Assembly (NCBI GenBank): GCA_950097015.1
Contig: CATNEN010000033.1
Coordinates: 5,249,107 to 5,313,106, forward strand
Direction of reading: 5' to 3'
DNA length: 64,000 nt
Origin: Macrostomum hystrix
Taxonomy: Eukaryota; Animalia; Platyhelminthes
A program made the translations under genes and the position numbers. Below are positions 46,501-58,617 of the stretch, in pieces; within the stretch, counting starts at the first letter, position 1; each line of letters opens with the position of its first letter. The notes below the pieces were generated by a model that did no database searches, was not told where the DNA came from, and saw only the letters and a program-made list of their open reading frames with translations.

Positions 46501-46994
46501 CAATCAATACCGGCAGCGACGCCTCAGTCAGCAAGGGTGTCAGGTTCGAAGCAGGAAAACCCTCCGTAGAATATGTTTTGAAGTATCTTGAAAAGAATGA
46601 TTCCGCTTGGAAGTTTCACTTTTTCTTCGACAAGAGAATCGAACTAAAGTTTTTACCACCTCATCTAGTCGAGATTTTTCCGCTTAGACGCGAAAATGAG
46701 TGCTACATTAACTTCTACGCGCTGTTTAAAGCCCTATCGTTCGAGCAGATTAGGGAGACTGAGGGAGAAGGCAGCACAACAGCCTTGTTCAAAACATTTT
46801 CCTGGGACTACCAAGATCCGCAGGATCTGAGGCTGCTTCTGCACTACTGCTTGCGGCCCGATATCAGCGAGTTGTTCCTAGCACCCATCATTAATAAGCG
46901 CAGGAAGGATATATCGGCAGCTCACCTGAGCTGGCTAGTGTCAACCCTTATGGAATCGCAGGTATGTAGTTGGTACATTGCATTCGAACTCTGA
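43518..46994 (+). CDS. Ankyrin-repeat (about 15) + Mab-21/cGAS-like nucleotidyltransferase, ~1130 aa reconstructed; exons 43518-45530 and 45610-46994; apparent extra bases at ~44050 and 45491-45495
   Basis: Repeated G.TPLH.AA..G...V..L...GA units; NTase motif VGSFADGWG...DSDIDL; RPSIDFV; Mab-21 motifs RVSTNLLE, QVFVLLKYI, LKTYHAKNILFF...W...NL, HFF. Removing one A from the run at 45491 gives YKDGH and the correct phase for the 79-nt intron. The start codon is a best guess. Confidence 0.82.
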
Positions 46995-47210
46995 CATCAG
47001 TTCCTTCTCGCCTTTTTGCCTTCTTGCTAGTAGAGGCCTCTGAAACTGTATTTCAGCCGCTTTTAAAAAAGAAACTAATCGAGGAAACCCTGCGACGACC
47101 CTCGGGAGCCGGTCTGGTAAAAGCGATTGTCGGAAAACGTATGCCATAATTTGCTGCTCTTTATTTGAGACATCACATCCTTTGATCAGTTTTCTAATCG
47201 GTACATATAG

Positions 47211-47493
47211 GCAGCCAAGCTCCATCTGCGAACAGCCAAGCTCCATCTGGAGACAGCCAAGCTCCATCTGCAAACAGCCAAGCTCCATCTGGAGACAGCC
47301 AAGTTCCATCTGCGAACAGCCAAGCTCCATCTGGAGACAGCCAAGCTCCATCTGGAGACAGCCAAGCTCCATCTGGAGACAGCCAAGCTCCATCTGGAGA
47401 CAGCCAAGCTCCATCTGCGAACAGCCAAGCTCCATCTGCGAACAGCCAAGCTCCATCTGGAGACAGCCAAGCTCCATCTGGAGACAGCCAAGC
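47211..47493. repeat. Minisatellite, 21-bp unit cagccaagctccatctggaga
   Basis: Direct periodicity. Confidence 0.95.
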
Positions 47494-48158
47494 TCTGTCA
47501 GAAGACAGCGAACATTCTGAAGGTAAAGTCCATTTCAGGCGAACTAAGTCGTTACAACAAAGACAGCAAGAGACATGCGATGGTTTATGAGCCAAAAGCT
47601 AGGAGTTGCGTCGTCGAGCTATCTCCATCAAACTTAGCTAGAAGTATGGTACAATTCAGTAATCAATGAAATGTTTTTTTCGCAGTAAGTTTAAATTCTT
47701 CGTGAAAATTTTGCTTCTAAACAAGCGATGAGATAATTCACACCTATCGCAAAAAACCTTACAGTGGATGCCGAATGCGATGAAATGAACGTATCGCAAT
47801 TATGTGCTCGCCTAGCTACTGTAGCGAGGGCATTTTACGGAGCATTTTAAAGCATGTGGGTATAAAAGTACCTGTACCTGTGCCTCCCACCCTGCAGTTT
47901 GAATGTGAGCTATTTGTTTGAGCAAATTTGAAATTCTTTTTTAGCTTTTAGAAAACTAGCTTTCTACTATTAGCTATTCGAGTTGCATTGGCTTTATTTA
48001 TTCATAATTCTTTTGGCACAAAATTTAGCAGCTTATTTCAATCAAAATATATATTATTAATAATATACCCTTACATCATTATTTAGTGGCAATTTTTTAA
48101 GTTTCTTTGTTATATCGAGTGTACTTTGGGGAGTGCAAGTTTACGAGCTTATTAAAGT

Positions 48159-49101
48159 TCAACCGAGTAGCAGCTTGAACAGCAGCGGATTATCCCTCTG
48201 CATTTGGTCCTTCAGGCCTGGGTACCGCTGTATGGCGTCGATGACCTTGGCCAGGATTTCGATGTAGCTGCCGTTGATGCGCACTTCCTTGACCTCCGGC
48301 ACGAACCGCTCAACCCAGTCGATGGCATCGCGAATCATCGGGTCCATGCCGTCTGCGTGGGTTTCATTTCATTTTAGATGGTGAATTTGCTAGGGTTCGT
48401 TGCTTGCACCCTATACAGGACCTCAGGACTGGCACCCTACAGGGCCCCATGACTGGCACCCTACAGGACCTCAGGACTGGCACCCTACAGAACCCCATGA
48501 CTGGCACCCTACAGGACCTCAGGACTGGCACCCTACAGAACCTCAGGACTGGCACCCTACAGGACCTCAGGACTGGCACCCTACAGAACCTCAGGACTGG
48601 CACCCAACAGGACCCCATGACTGGCACCCTACAGAACCTCAGGACTGGAACCCTACAGGACCTCAGGACTGGCACCCTACAGGACCTCAGGACTGGCACC
48701 CTACAGGACCTCAGGACTGGCACCCTACAGAACATCAGGACTGGCACCCAACAGGACCCCATGACTGGCACCCTACAGAACCTCAGGACTGGAACCCTAC
48801 AGGACCTCAGGACTGGCACCCTACAGGACCTCAGGACTGGAACCCTACAGGACCTCAGAAGTGGCACTCAACATGACCCCGGACTAGCGACCGAAATAGG
48901 AAAGCTTCAGTTCGCAACCTTCCAAGTGGACCCATTAATAATGTTTATGTGTGGTTGCATTTCTGGCATACAGATGCGCATTTCTGTAGATAGAAAGGTC
49001 TCTATAAGGAGGTGACAAAACTTAAATAGATATATCGACTTACAGTTGGCCTGTGCCACAGCGGCAAAGGCGCACAGGGCGAGTAGAATGAAGAACTTCA
49101 T
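48159..49101 (-). CDS. Small secreted protein, 83 aa, unknown family; exons 49101-49044, 48352-48159
   Basis: Signal peptide MKFFILLALCAFAAVAQA; phase-1 gtaagt...cgcag intron joins it to ...YGMDPMIRDAIDWVERFVPEVKEV...NPLLFKLLLG; GC3-rich codons. Confidence 0.8.
48405..48862. repeat. Intronic minisatellite, 24-bp unit acaggacctcaggactggcaccct
   Basis: Direct periodicity; lies in the intron of the secreted-protein gene. Confidence 0.95.
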
Positions 49102-50299
49102 CTTCGTTTAAAAATAGTCTTACTATCCGAGTAGCGGATCCTTTTTGTTGACTGTTTGATGTTACATTTTTATAGGCATTCTTGCTGATAAGTATTTTGT
49201 AGCGGTAGCTGAATAGACACCATGTAGCATTCATATTTACACACGCCACAGCACGTGACGATAAGAATTAAATGCAAATGTGTAGACATGCATCGTTCCC
49301 ATGCAGTACTTATACGAGATATCTGGGTCTCGCAGATTTTTGTTCTCGTGCGGCGCTGAAAATTTAGTTGAGTTACCTATCTTGGAGCCGGAGATTTTAA
49401 CTTGTCTAAAATCCCTCGATTATCACAACACGTCGGCGTCGCTTTAAGATCTGAACTTGCTGTGCATAACGACAAAGCATTGTGCCAAGGGTTTTAGGAA
49501 TTGGTTGTGAGAATACTGCCCTTCTATTAAACCGTAGATAGTAGATACTAGTATTTTTGTCAGTGCACCTGATAAAAGTATGTTCGACTTAAAAAAAACT
49601 AAATGCTCAGTTTGTTTTCGGCTACAGCCCTACTGCTACTATAGGAGGCATTGCGACATATTTCTCTGCAGATATGGGAATGGAATTCGTGACTGAACGC
49701 AGCTGAAAATCGAATCTAATTTTTTACAAAATGCGCGCTATTCGCATGTCTTTGAATTTCAATGTTCAATGTTTTCATGTTCAATGTTCAATTTTATTTA
49801 CTTAATTCTGATTTCGTTTGGATAACATAAAAAAGTCGAAACAACGATTAAATGGAACGAAAAGAAAAAATATATATGTAATGACTCGCATGTACTTCTG
49901 AAAATCAATTAGAAATAATACCAATTGTTAAAAAATATTTAAAGTCATATGTCACTAAAAACACGTTTAGAAGGAAACCTGCAGATTTAAGACAATTGTC
50001 TAAGCACGTGGTCCGTGTTACACTCTGACCACAGATACTATAAACCACTAGATAGGCCACTCAGGCTAATTTTCACAACACGAGTTCATTCTACTTTCTG
50101 CTTAGTAGGGATAAAAAACATTTAGGCGTTTTTAAATTAAAACCAAGATGAATACAATGCAGCAATTGTATTATGATATTATTAGCAAAAATAAACATTT
50201 AACTATAATTTCTACGACAAAAAGCACTAGTGTGAATGCTTTAGATTGCATTGACGGCCATATTATTGCAGTTAACTATACTTAGGTTGTAGCCTAGAA

Positions 50300-50631
50300 G
50301 AGGTTGTAGCCTATTGGTTAGAGCGTCGGACTCACGATTTGAAGGTCGGGGGTTCGATTCCCGACTCCACTAAAACAATTTGTGTCCTTTAGCAAGACAC
50401 TTAACTCTGCTTTGCTTCAGTTCACCCAGCTGTTAAATGGGTACCAGCATCAGCTGGGATAATTGAAGGTGGGTGTTGCGTTCCCCGCAGTCCATGGACT
50501 GAACAGCCGTACGCAGATCAGCCTTCAGATGCGCCGCGCATTAGCTGCGGCAGTGCTGTCGGCTGCACATCTGGCCCAATTGGGGCAGGTGTAATCAATT
50601 ATTATTATTATTATTATTATTACTACTACTA
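50300..50631 (+). mobile_element. Apparently full-length tRNA-derived CORE-like SINE with (ATT)n(ACT)n tail
   Basis: A box tggttagagc, B box ggttcgattc, CORE-like gtgtcctttagcaagacacttaac...cccagctgttaaatgggtacc, simple-repeat tail. Confidence 0.85.
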
Positions 50632-50689
50632 GTATATGACTTAGCAAATGCAAGCTATTATATACTCCAAATTCGTTTATCTAAATAGA

Positions 50690-51521
50690 ATGATTTCTCA
50701 TCAATTAATCAGCTCATCGCAGTTTGTGAAACTTTCGCAGCGTGCTGCATATGACAGCCAGACGAATCTGACACTGTCGGCTCCGCCCTGCAGTCGCTGC
50801 AGTCCAATACGCCACTCTTTTTCAGCACGTAACCAGCTACGTATTCAGTGGCCTCGTTCAAGTACTGCATCGTCTTGGACAGTAGCCAGGCCTATCGGTT
50901 CGTGCAGCAGCGGGATGGCTGCTTGTTTGAATTGCTGCCAGAGGCTTCACTCGGCGGTGTCCATGCAGTCACTGGTTGCAGCATTGCTGTCGTCTCGTCC
51001 TACTGATGCGCAAGCTGATGCGCCGGAAGCTGAGATCGCAGCTGAGCAGCCGTCATCCTCACAGTTCCTAGCCGATGAATCCGGCTTAGAGAGCCCGCCA
51101 CCCGCTACTGATCTCAGGGCGCCAATTCGGGCTTTTCATTGAACGCTAATTGGCTCCAGCATTGGAGGGTACATGTTGTCAGCTTCATCATCAGTTCTTT
51201 GCACAGAGGGTCTATTCGAACGAGCCGAGGCAGCACCAGCTCTCGGTGTGGGATTGCGTCCCAGTGAAGACGGGTGTCTTGTTCGTGGCGCTTTGTAGGG
51301 CAGTTGTAGGCCTCGTCCGTAAAGTGCATGCTGCATACACGTAGGCCCCGCGACTTAATTGTTTGCAGGTCAATATCCAACTCCAGTAGCTGCTGCCAGC
51401 GCTTCGCCACAGTTTTATCTTTTGGAAATCTATGCATTCGCACCGGATTCCTTTCTCGGTGGTGATAGCACAGAGCTCGTGCAATTGGAGCACAGCAGTG
51501 GTTCGAATCAAATCGAATCAT
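50690..51521 (-). pseudogene. THAP domain + P-element transposase C-terminal remnant; no catalytic core, disrupted frame
   Basis: CCAP...HRFPKD..AKRWQ...RVCSMHF...DAIP; later YVAGYVLKKSGVLDCSDC in another frame. Confidence 0.65.
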
Positions 51522-52365
51522 TTCTACGAGATAGAAAAGCTAGTAGTTTCAATAACTCTTGACTCTTCCTGTTTATCAACAAATATAAGCTTGTATTTAA
51601 ACACGATTCGCCAGCCCCAAAATTTCTAACCCCCAACCTCTCAAACCCCCACCCCTAACCCAGGATAGCTATGTGCAGTCCTTGGTTTTCTATCCCCACC
51701 ACCAGTGCGCCTAAATTATCGATCCACTCACCCTGCCCTGCCTTATAGGAAACCGATATAAACCCCATTTCAGACTACCCCCTCCCTCCTCTTTAAAAGA
51801 TAAGCGGCATTGTACACTGTCGCGTCTTAATGTACGCCATTACTGCCCAAACAAGTTAGTTGTCTATGACGATATTATAGCAAATGATGTCTCGAAAACA
51901 GTCGCTCGTTTTGTCTAACTTAGCAAATAATACTGTTGCTTCCTTTTATTGCTACTAAGGCAGAAAGTAGAATAAAAAACTTGCCCAGAAAATTAGCCTG
52001 AGTGGCCTATCTAGTGTTTATAGTATCTGTGGTCCTGCCCATGCGGATGCAAGTAGGATATCCTGCCACAGGTGCAAGTGGAACAAATAGCTTTGTAGCT
52101 CGTAACAACAGGCAATTGATGAGTATGGCTAATTGCTGCAACGCTAGCCTAGCGACAGTCCTGGATGATGATTGCCTATGCCAGAGCATAACACACCTTT
52201 GGGTATAGGAAGAGGGTCACGAAAGAGAAGTCAGCCTTGGCGGGTATCCAAGTAAGTATCAAATCTAAATCTAATCTTGAAGGTCCTCATGCGTAAAAAA
52301 GGTGTACAGCTTTAGCAAAATACAAAGGCTAAAGTCAGTGAAAGTGCTCAGGCACAGTCCTGCAG

Positions 52366-52644
52366 TTAATTGACTGAGCAGAGAAGAGGCGGGCTCGCAG
52401 GGTCCAGTTCAGACCAGTTCCTAATGCAGGAAGAAAAACTTGTGCTCAGCTTGTATTTCGTATAATCCTGCAGCCGCCCTGGGTTTAGAGTGGAGCATGT
52501 AGAGAGGAGGCTGGGGTGGGTGTGGTGCACTTTTAAGGGACTCATTAGAGAGTGCGATGAGTAGCGCCACTTTCCAAGCAATTCTTTCTCATTTCTGTCA
52601 GATGCTAACGAGAACTGGATGCACACTGCTTTTGCGCTTAGCAA
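52366..52644 (-). mobile_element. Possible decayed LINE ORF2 3' end
   Basis: YKLSTSFSSCIRNWSELDP resembles the LINE terminal motif SFFP.TIR.WN.LP; weak. Confidence 0.3.
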
Positions 52645-52798
52645 CTGTCGCTAGGCGGGAATCTAGAAATCAATAGAATTTCATTCTACTTGGCTTTTAT
52701 AAGCACAATGCAAATTCTTCTTTTTAAACACCAGCGTAGAGAGCCCTGAATACAGAACCTGGACACACAACTGCTCACTAAGCCACCGATTCTCGAAC

Positions 52799-53015
52799 CT
52801 GCGTACGGCTGTCCAGTCCATGGACTGGTGGGACGACATACCCAACCCTCAAATGACCCAGCTGATGCTGGTACCCATTTAACAGCTGGGTGAACTGAAG
52901 CAATGCAGAGTTAAGTGTCTTGCTAAAATACACAGGTTGTTCCAGTGACGTCGGGAATCGAACCCTCGACCTTCAAGTAGTGAGGCCCACGCTCTAAACA
53001 CTATAGGCTACAACC
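52799..53015 (-). mobile_element. tRNA-derived CORE-like SINE copy lacking the tail
   Basis: Reverse complement aligns to 50300-50510. Confidence 0.82.
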
Positions 53016-53039
53016 CCCTTGCAGTACCCCCTGAAGAGT

Positions 53040-53611
53040 GTGCACTGAATGGATTCGACCTCGACTACAAGCCGAACCAGTTTTCATTCGTGGTGGAACA
53101 CAAGGAAGAGAGGGTTCCGTCAACGATTACTACTTCCGTCGGAACCAATACCTTTCTCGACGACAAGGGTCGGCTGATGCATCAATCGGATATTATGCCA
53201 AAGCTTCATGGCGTGACTGACGGATCTGTTTCAGACCAAAATCAAAAACCAGTTCCAGAGGAAAAAACCAACCGACGCCACGGCTAATCAAGCTACGGAA
53301 GCGGTGCAAGAACCGAGGCGGAGTTCTCACCAACGTCGACCCCCCTGATCGTTTTGGTTACTGACGATTTTCAGCATCGGTGGGGGTGGTTGCATATGCT
53401 GCATTATTCATAGATTTATTTTCTTCTAAAAGTAGTCTATGTGCCATCGGGGCAAAATGTTACCGTACACCTTGTTTGCTAGAAAACTTCAATGCCCTTA
53501 AGGTAAAGAAATATAAGAGCGAGCTTCGTGCTCCTGCCAATTTGGAGCTGCTCAAATAACGCCCTTCTCAATTCATTAACCCAAGTGCATTCGTGTTTTT
53601 CAAACATAGCA
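53040..53611 (+). mobile_element. Gypsy-2 3' half: integrase C-terminal fragment, PPT and 3' LTR (53387-53611)
   Basis: Ends RRSSHQRRPPDRFGY*; G-rich tract; LTR aligns to the reverse complement of 62562-62802. Confidence 0.85.
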
Positions 53612-54396
53612 CGCACAAATTTATTAATTTACAATCTTGTAATATTCTTAGGTACTCATTTTAATTGTACGGATTATTATATTTATGCCATTTTTATATT
53701 GCAACGTGTCACTTTTTTCATTTATAATTGATTGCGTTTTTAATGTTATAAATTTGTTTTAACGATGATTTTAAATATATTATAAAATAAATAGTCAGTC
53801 AATAAGTTTGCACCGAGGTTCGACTATCAGAAGATTTGAACGCCGCTTTCGACATGCTCTTTTATTACAATCTATATGCTTGAATATGTGCTCAATTTTG
53901 AAGAGATTTCGTTACAGTAACAACTATGTATTTTAAACGCTAAACAGTTTCAATGAGTTTACAGATATATCAAATTCAAAAGTTGCTTTAGGCATTAGCA
54001 CTGTTGCTTTAATCTTCAGGGGATGATGATTTATTAAGTGAATATGAGAGGGTGGGGTAGCTTGGTGCAGCTTGGTGCTGCACCAAGTTCGTTGGCCACG
54101 AATCCCAAGTCTATTTTTGTCCCTATTTTTGCCTCTGTTGACGGCGCTACTAGGAGAGAGGTTGTCTGAGGACACTGCAGGGTCGCGGGTGTGGGATGCC
54201 AGGTTCTGGGGTGGATCAGAGGATAGAGCTGTCTTTCTGAGACCACGCGCGCGCCATTGTTCACTCATTTAACACCCCGCACGCCGTACTATCTAGCAGA
54301 GCTTTCTTGCGGCCCCCAAAAAGAGATTGTCTAGCCCACACAGCTCAGCTTCTGGCTCTTCAACTGAACTCAGGCGACACACGCGACACACAAGTC

Positions 54397-57300
54397 ATGG
54401 GAAAAGTGGTGAGTCTACTTATCTGACAACTGCACTGAATTCAAGCAATGCACAAATATGACTGCCTGCTTTGCTAGCCCAATATTGCTCCTGCATTCAG
54501 ATCACTCCGTGGTTGATCCTGTCCTGCTTCATCACCTGCTGTTGGTTCTTCTCTGCTCTATGGCTACAACATCTCCGTGTTCAACGGGCCTAAGCAGGTG
54601 AGCTTCGATTATTTAGACTCTGAGCGCAGGACAGTCTCCATAACCAGCTCCCAACCCAACCTCATGCAGCACATCGAGTGCTTCCTGAGCGAGAATCTGC
54701 TGAAGATTAGCCCCTGCCCAGCACCCGGCAGCAACGGCACCAACGATGTGGCACCGGTGTTGAGTACAAAATCGGCCTGTACTATTCGCTCATAATGACT
54801 GTTTGGATTGTGTTCGGCGCTATAGGAGCCTTCTGCACCGGCGCCATCTCCAATTACCTTTGGCAGGTGAGCAGTTTAGATGCAGTTTTAAGAGGCTTTG
54901 GACATAGCTAGGTGGGCATGCGTTCTCATCATCTGAGAAGCTTTGATTGACAGTCCTGGCAAAATTGCACAGTGTACTCACGTCATTTGCCTGTGAGAAG
55001 AGACGCAGGGCGAATGAAGAGGCAAAGCAATATGCAAAGCAATAAAACCCATTTACAATGCAATACGAGCTATTATGCATTCGTATTTTTGCTATTTTTA
55101 CTGTTTTACATAATCGTAGCTTTATGATGGCATAGCTCCAAGACACACTTCTCAGGTCATAAAAACTTTAATTTGTGTCCTCTGGTGGGTGTGGCCGTTT
55201 CCATGGTGACTATCGCACAATATCCGCCTCGATTTCTAGGCGCAATGGTCTACTGTTCAACAATGCCTTCATCATAGTCGGAGCCATCAATCGCAGCGCC
55301 TACCGTGGTGACCAAAGTGCCGTATCTGCTGTACATCGGCCGCGCTTTCATTGGCTTAATTGCGGTAAGCTGCTTTCACTGCTCCCGGCAACCACTTACT
55401 ACTCCACCTGACACCCACAAAACAGGTCCGCTTAGCCTGTCTAACCACCCTGTCTAACACACTCCTGACCCATCCCCGCCCTAGGTGTGACCATCGGGCT
55501 GGCCAGCATCTACCTTACCGAGATCGCTCCCATCACATCCGCGGCGCCATCGGCGCCTAACATACCCCTTACTCATCGCCGCCGCCAGGTGTGACCATCG
55601 GGCTGGCCAGCATCTACCTTACCGAGATCGCTCCCATCAACATCCGCGGCGCCATCGGCGCCTGCCACCAGCTGGCCGTCACCATCGGCATCCTGGTCGC
55701 CTTCGTCTGCTCCGGCCTCGAGCAGACCATGAACCACCGCGACCTGTGGATCGTGGCCCAGGCCCTCACCGGCGTGCCGGCCGTCATCTCCCTGATCGTC
55801 CTGCCGTTCTGCCCAGAGTCGCCGCGCTTCCTCTTCATGAACCGTGGCCTCGAGGCCGAGGCCAAGAAGGCGCTGGAGCGCCTGTACCCCAATGACGACC
55901 CCAACAAGCACATCGAGGAGATGCGCCGCGAGATGGACAACAATGGCAGCTGCAACCCTGGAGGATCAGGCTGCCGATGAGACCGTCGAGAACCGTCGCC
56001 GTTCCGGCTAAGAAGTTCAAGTTTGTTCAGCTGTTCACCCAGGCCGACCTGCGCATGCCAGTGGCTATCGCTGTCGGCATCCAGATCATGCAACAGCTCA
56101 GCGGAATCAGCGCTGTGAGTTCGGCGAGCTGCCCGACATTAGAGCACATTTAAACGAGATTAGAGCACATTAGAATTACATTTGAGTACATTAGAATGGC
56201 ATTAGAGCAATAAAGGCATGTTAATTGGTTGTAGGAATTTTCACAGACACATTATGCCTGCGTCAATTGTTCATTTCGCAAAAAGTACGATCATAGTACA
56301 TCACATCAATCATAGTACTATAAGAAAGAAGACAGAAGACAATACAGTAGGATAAATGGGCCTCTTAAACAAAAGAATAATTTAAGATAGCGTCGTGTCA
56401 TGTGACCAGATTCGACTTCATTGTCTGCACTGCTCAGCCGTGTAGTGGCTGCCCGCTGAGCAGTTGATGGGCAGGGGTGTGTCAGGCTATAGATCCAACT
56501 GGAAGGCTGTGAGAGCTCAGGACTTGCTGAGAAGGAACCTCAACTGAGACTCTCTTCAAATCTTGCCAGTGCATTAGCGCTCGCATCGACAACAAACACG
56601 TGGCGGTTGAGCTGGTCGTCACGGCAACATACGCCTAGGCTTACACAGCGCAATTGGGAGGGGAGAACTCATAGAAACAAGGAGGGGATCCGCCTCTCTC
56701 CCTCACACCCACCTCCCCTATGCCGTGCTCAGCCTTCCGCACTGAAATGCTGGGCCATTGAATTGTTCTATCGCTGCGACAGCTGCTCCCAATGCCCCGG
56801 CTTTAGTCCAGGCACTAATTCCCGAATGCAAAATGAAGCACTCAGAGCTTATTCCCCCGCCTAGCAACTATAACACTGGAGCATTGTCTAACAAAACAGC
56901 ACTGTTAATTGTCGCCAAGGCAGACGAGGTTTCGGGGCGGGGCGCTGCGCTTGTTGCATTGTTCTTCCCTTACCACCAGACAGGAAATTTTGTGACCAAA
57001 TATTTTTCAGAGATTTCTATTTTTGTACATTAGCAGAGGCTCTTAGAGGATCTTCTGAGAGATACAATTCAGACTACTGACAACAGTAGAAAAGCAAAGA
57101 CTTCGCTGCAAAACTCTCACATAACACTAAAAAGTATCGCCATAAAATGGCAAGGTTAAAACAGACTTACGTGCTCACTAAGAGGGGTGGGAGAGGACTG
57201 CGTGTGGCTATGGCTGACTGACGAAGACAAACAAGCCAGAAACCGGTCTCGGTCTGCCAGCGCGAGTTTCGTTCCCCACTTTTAGTGTGTTACAGATCTA

Positions 57301-58090
57301 GCTGATTCAGATTAATCCCATGCTACTGGGATCAGGGGGGGTGTCCGTGGGGCGCAAAGCTTCTTCTAACTCCAGCTGATTTGCTGAACTGTCAGGTCAT
57401 GAGCTACTCGACCGCCATGATGGAGATCTCTGGCATCTCCAGCGCCGCCGTGCCCTACGTGAACCTCGGCTTCAGCTTCTTCAACGTGCTGTGTACCGTG
57501 ATCTCGCTGCCGCTGCTGGAGAAGTTCGGCCGCCGGACACTCCTCCTGGCGCCGTCGGCATTGCTGGCTGTCAGCCTCGTTGTTCTCTGCGTCAGCGCCG
57601 TCCTGGTCAAGGAGTCGACTCCGACAGTGTGAAGTACGGCGCCTCCATCACCTTCATGGTGTTCATCTTCGTGTACACAGCCGGCTTCGCCTTCGGCCTG
57701 GGCACAATTCCCGGCTTCATCGTTGCCGAGGTCTTCCGCCAGGAGCCTCGCAGCGCCCGCCTACTCGCTGAGCCAGGGCGTCCAGTGGATCTCCAACCTG
57801 CTGGTGTCCACCACCTTCGTCAACCTGAAGCTGGCTATCGAGGGCTACGTGTTCCTCATCTACCTCGGCGTTGTGGTCCCCTTCTGGATCTTCTTCTTCA
57901 TCTGCATGCCGGAGACCAAGAACCGCAGCTTGACGACATCGCCAATGACCTGGCCTTCGTGCGGGTCTGCCGCGATGCCAACGATGCCCAGGTGATCGAG
58001 GACGGCGGTCCGGACGCCAAGCCGCTGTCGTCGAACATCTCGCTGCTCAAGGCAGACCGCATCGAGCGGCAGCAGCAGCAGGCAGTGTGA
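54397..58090 (+). CDS. Facilitated sugar transporter, SLC2A/GLUT class; exons 54397-54408, 54501-54597, 54670-54866, 55240-55364, 55589-56114, 57396-58090; about 10 single-base indels
   Basis: YGYN, FGRRNGL, YLTEIAP..IRG, PESPR, QQLSGI, EKFGRR, GLGTIP...AE.F, PETK motifs of the sugar porter family. Confidence 0.85.
57056..57295. mobile_element. ~240-bp dispersed repeat, copy 2, in GLUT intron 5
   Basis: Aligns with 9610-9869; flanks gatcttc / gatctag. Confidence 0.7.
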
Positions 58091-58617
58091 GGACTTTCGC
58101 AATCAGAGACTTTGATGAGGATACACTGGAAATTGTGGCACACTCAGGAAAAATTATTTTTCTACCCTTAGTCAGACTTGAAAGTGCTATGCTAAGGACA
58201 TACTAAACTTACTAAGCTTATAGAATGCTTCTAAACGTAGTAAGTTTTCGTAAGTGCTTGCTAAGTTTGGCAAGTTTATAGTAGGAATGCTTCTTAAGCT
58301 ACTTAAGTTTTTGTAACTGCATACGTACTAAGTTTCGCAAGGTTACCTGCGACGCGGCTCTGCTCAAATTCGTCAAGTGGCAGTAGCCAATAAATTTTAG
58401 TGCACGCCGTCATTCCTCAGGTATATTGTATACAGATTTTCGCTAACAAAAATAAAATTGGCAGATATGATCGCACCATCTGCATTCTAATTGCAAATGA
58501 GATTGAAAAATCTTGGAAAATATCTGCACCGTTTTTGGATTGACAAAATCTTCACTGCTCACACATAAAACACAATTAAATACCCGGCTCACAAATGTAA
58601 AATATATATTTTGCTTC

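Noticed and set aside
46941-47595. 7-aa repeat ORFs (QMELGCL, QPSSIWR, DGAWLSP)
   Set aside because: Products of a 21-bp minisatellite open in multiple frames on both strands.
48364-49015. Repetitive ORFs (TGPQDWHP, LQDLRTGT, VLRSCRVP)
   Set aside because: A 24-bp intronic unit leaves several frames open by chance; the host gene is on the minus strand.
50300-50375. tRNA gene
   Set aside because: A and B boxes are present but there is no paired acceptor stem; it continues into a SINE body, and the anticodon loop differs among copies.
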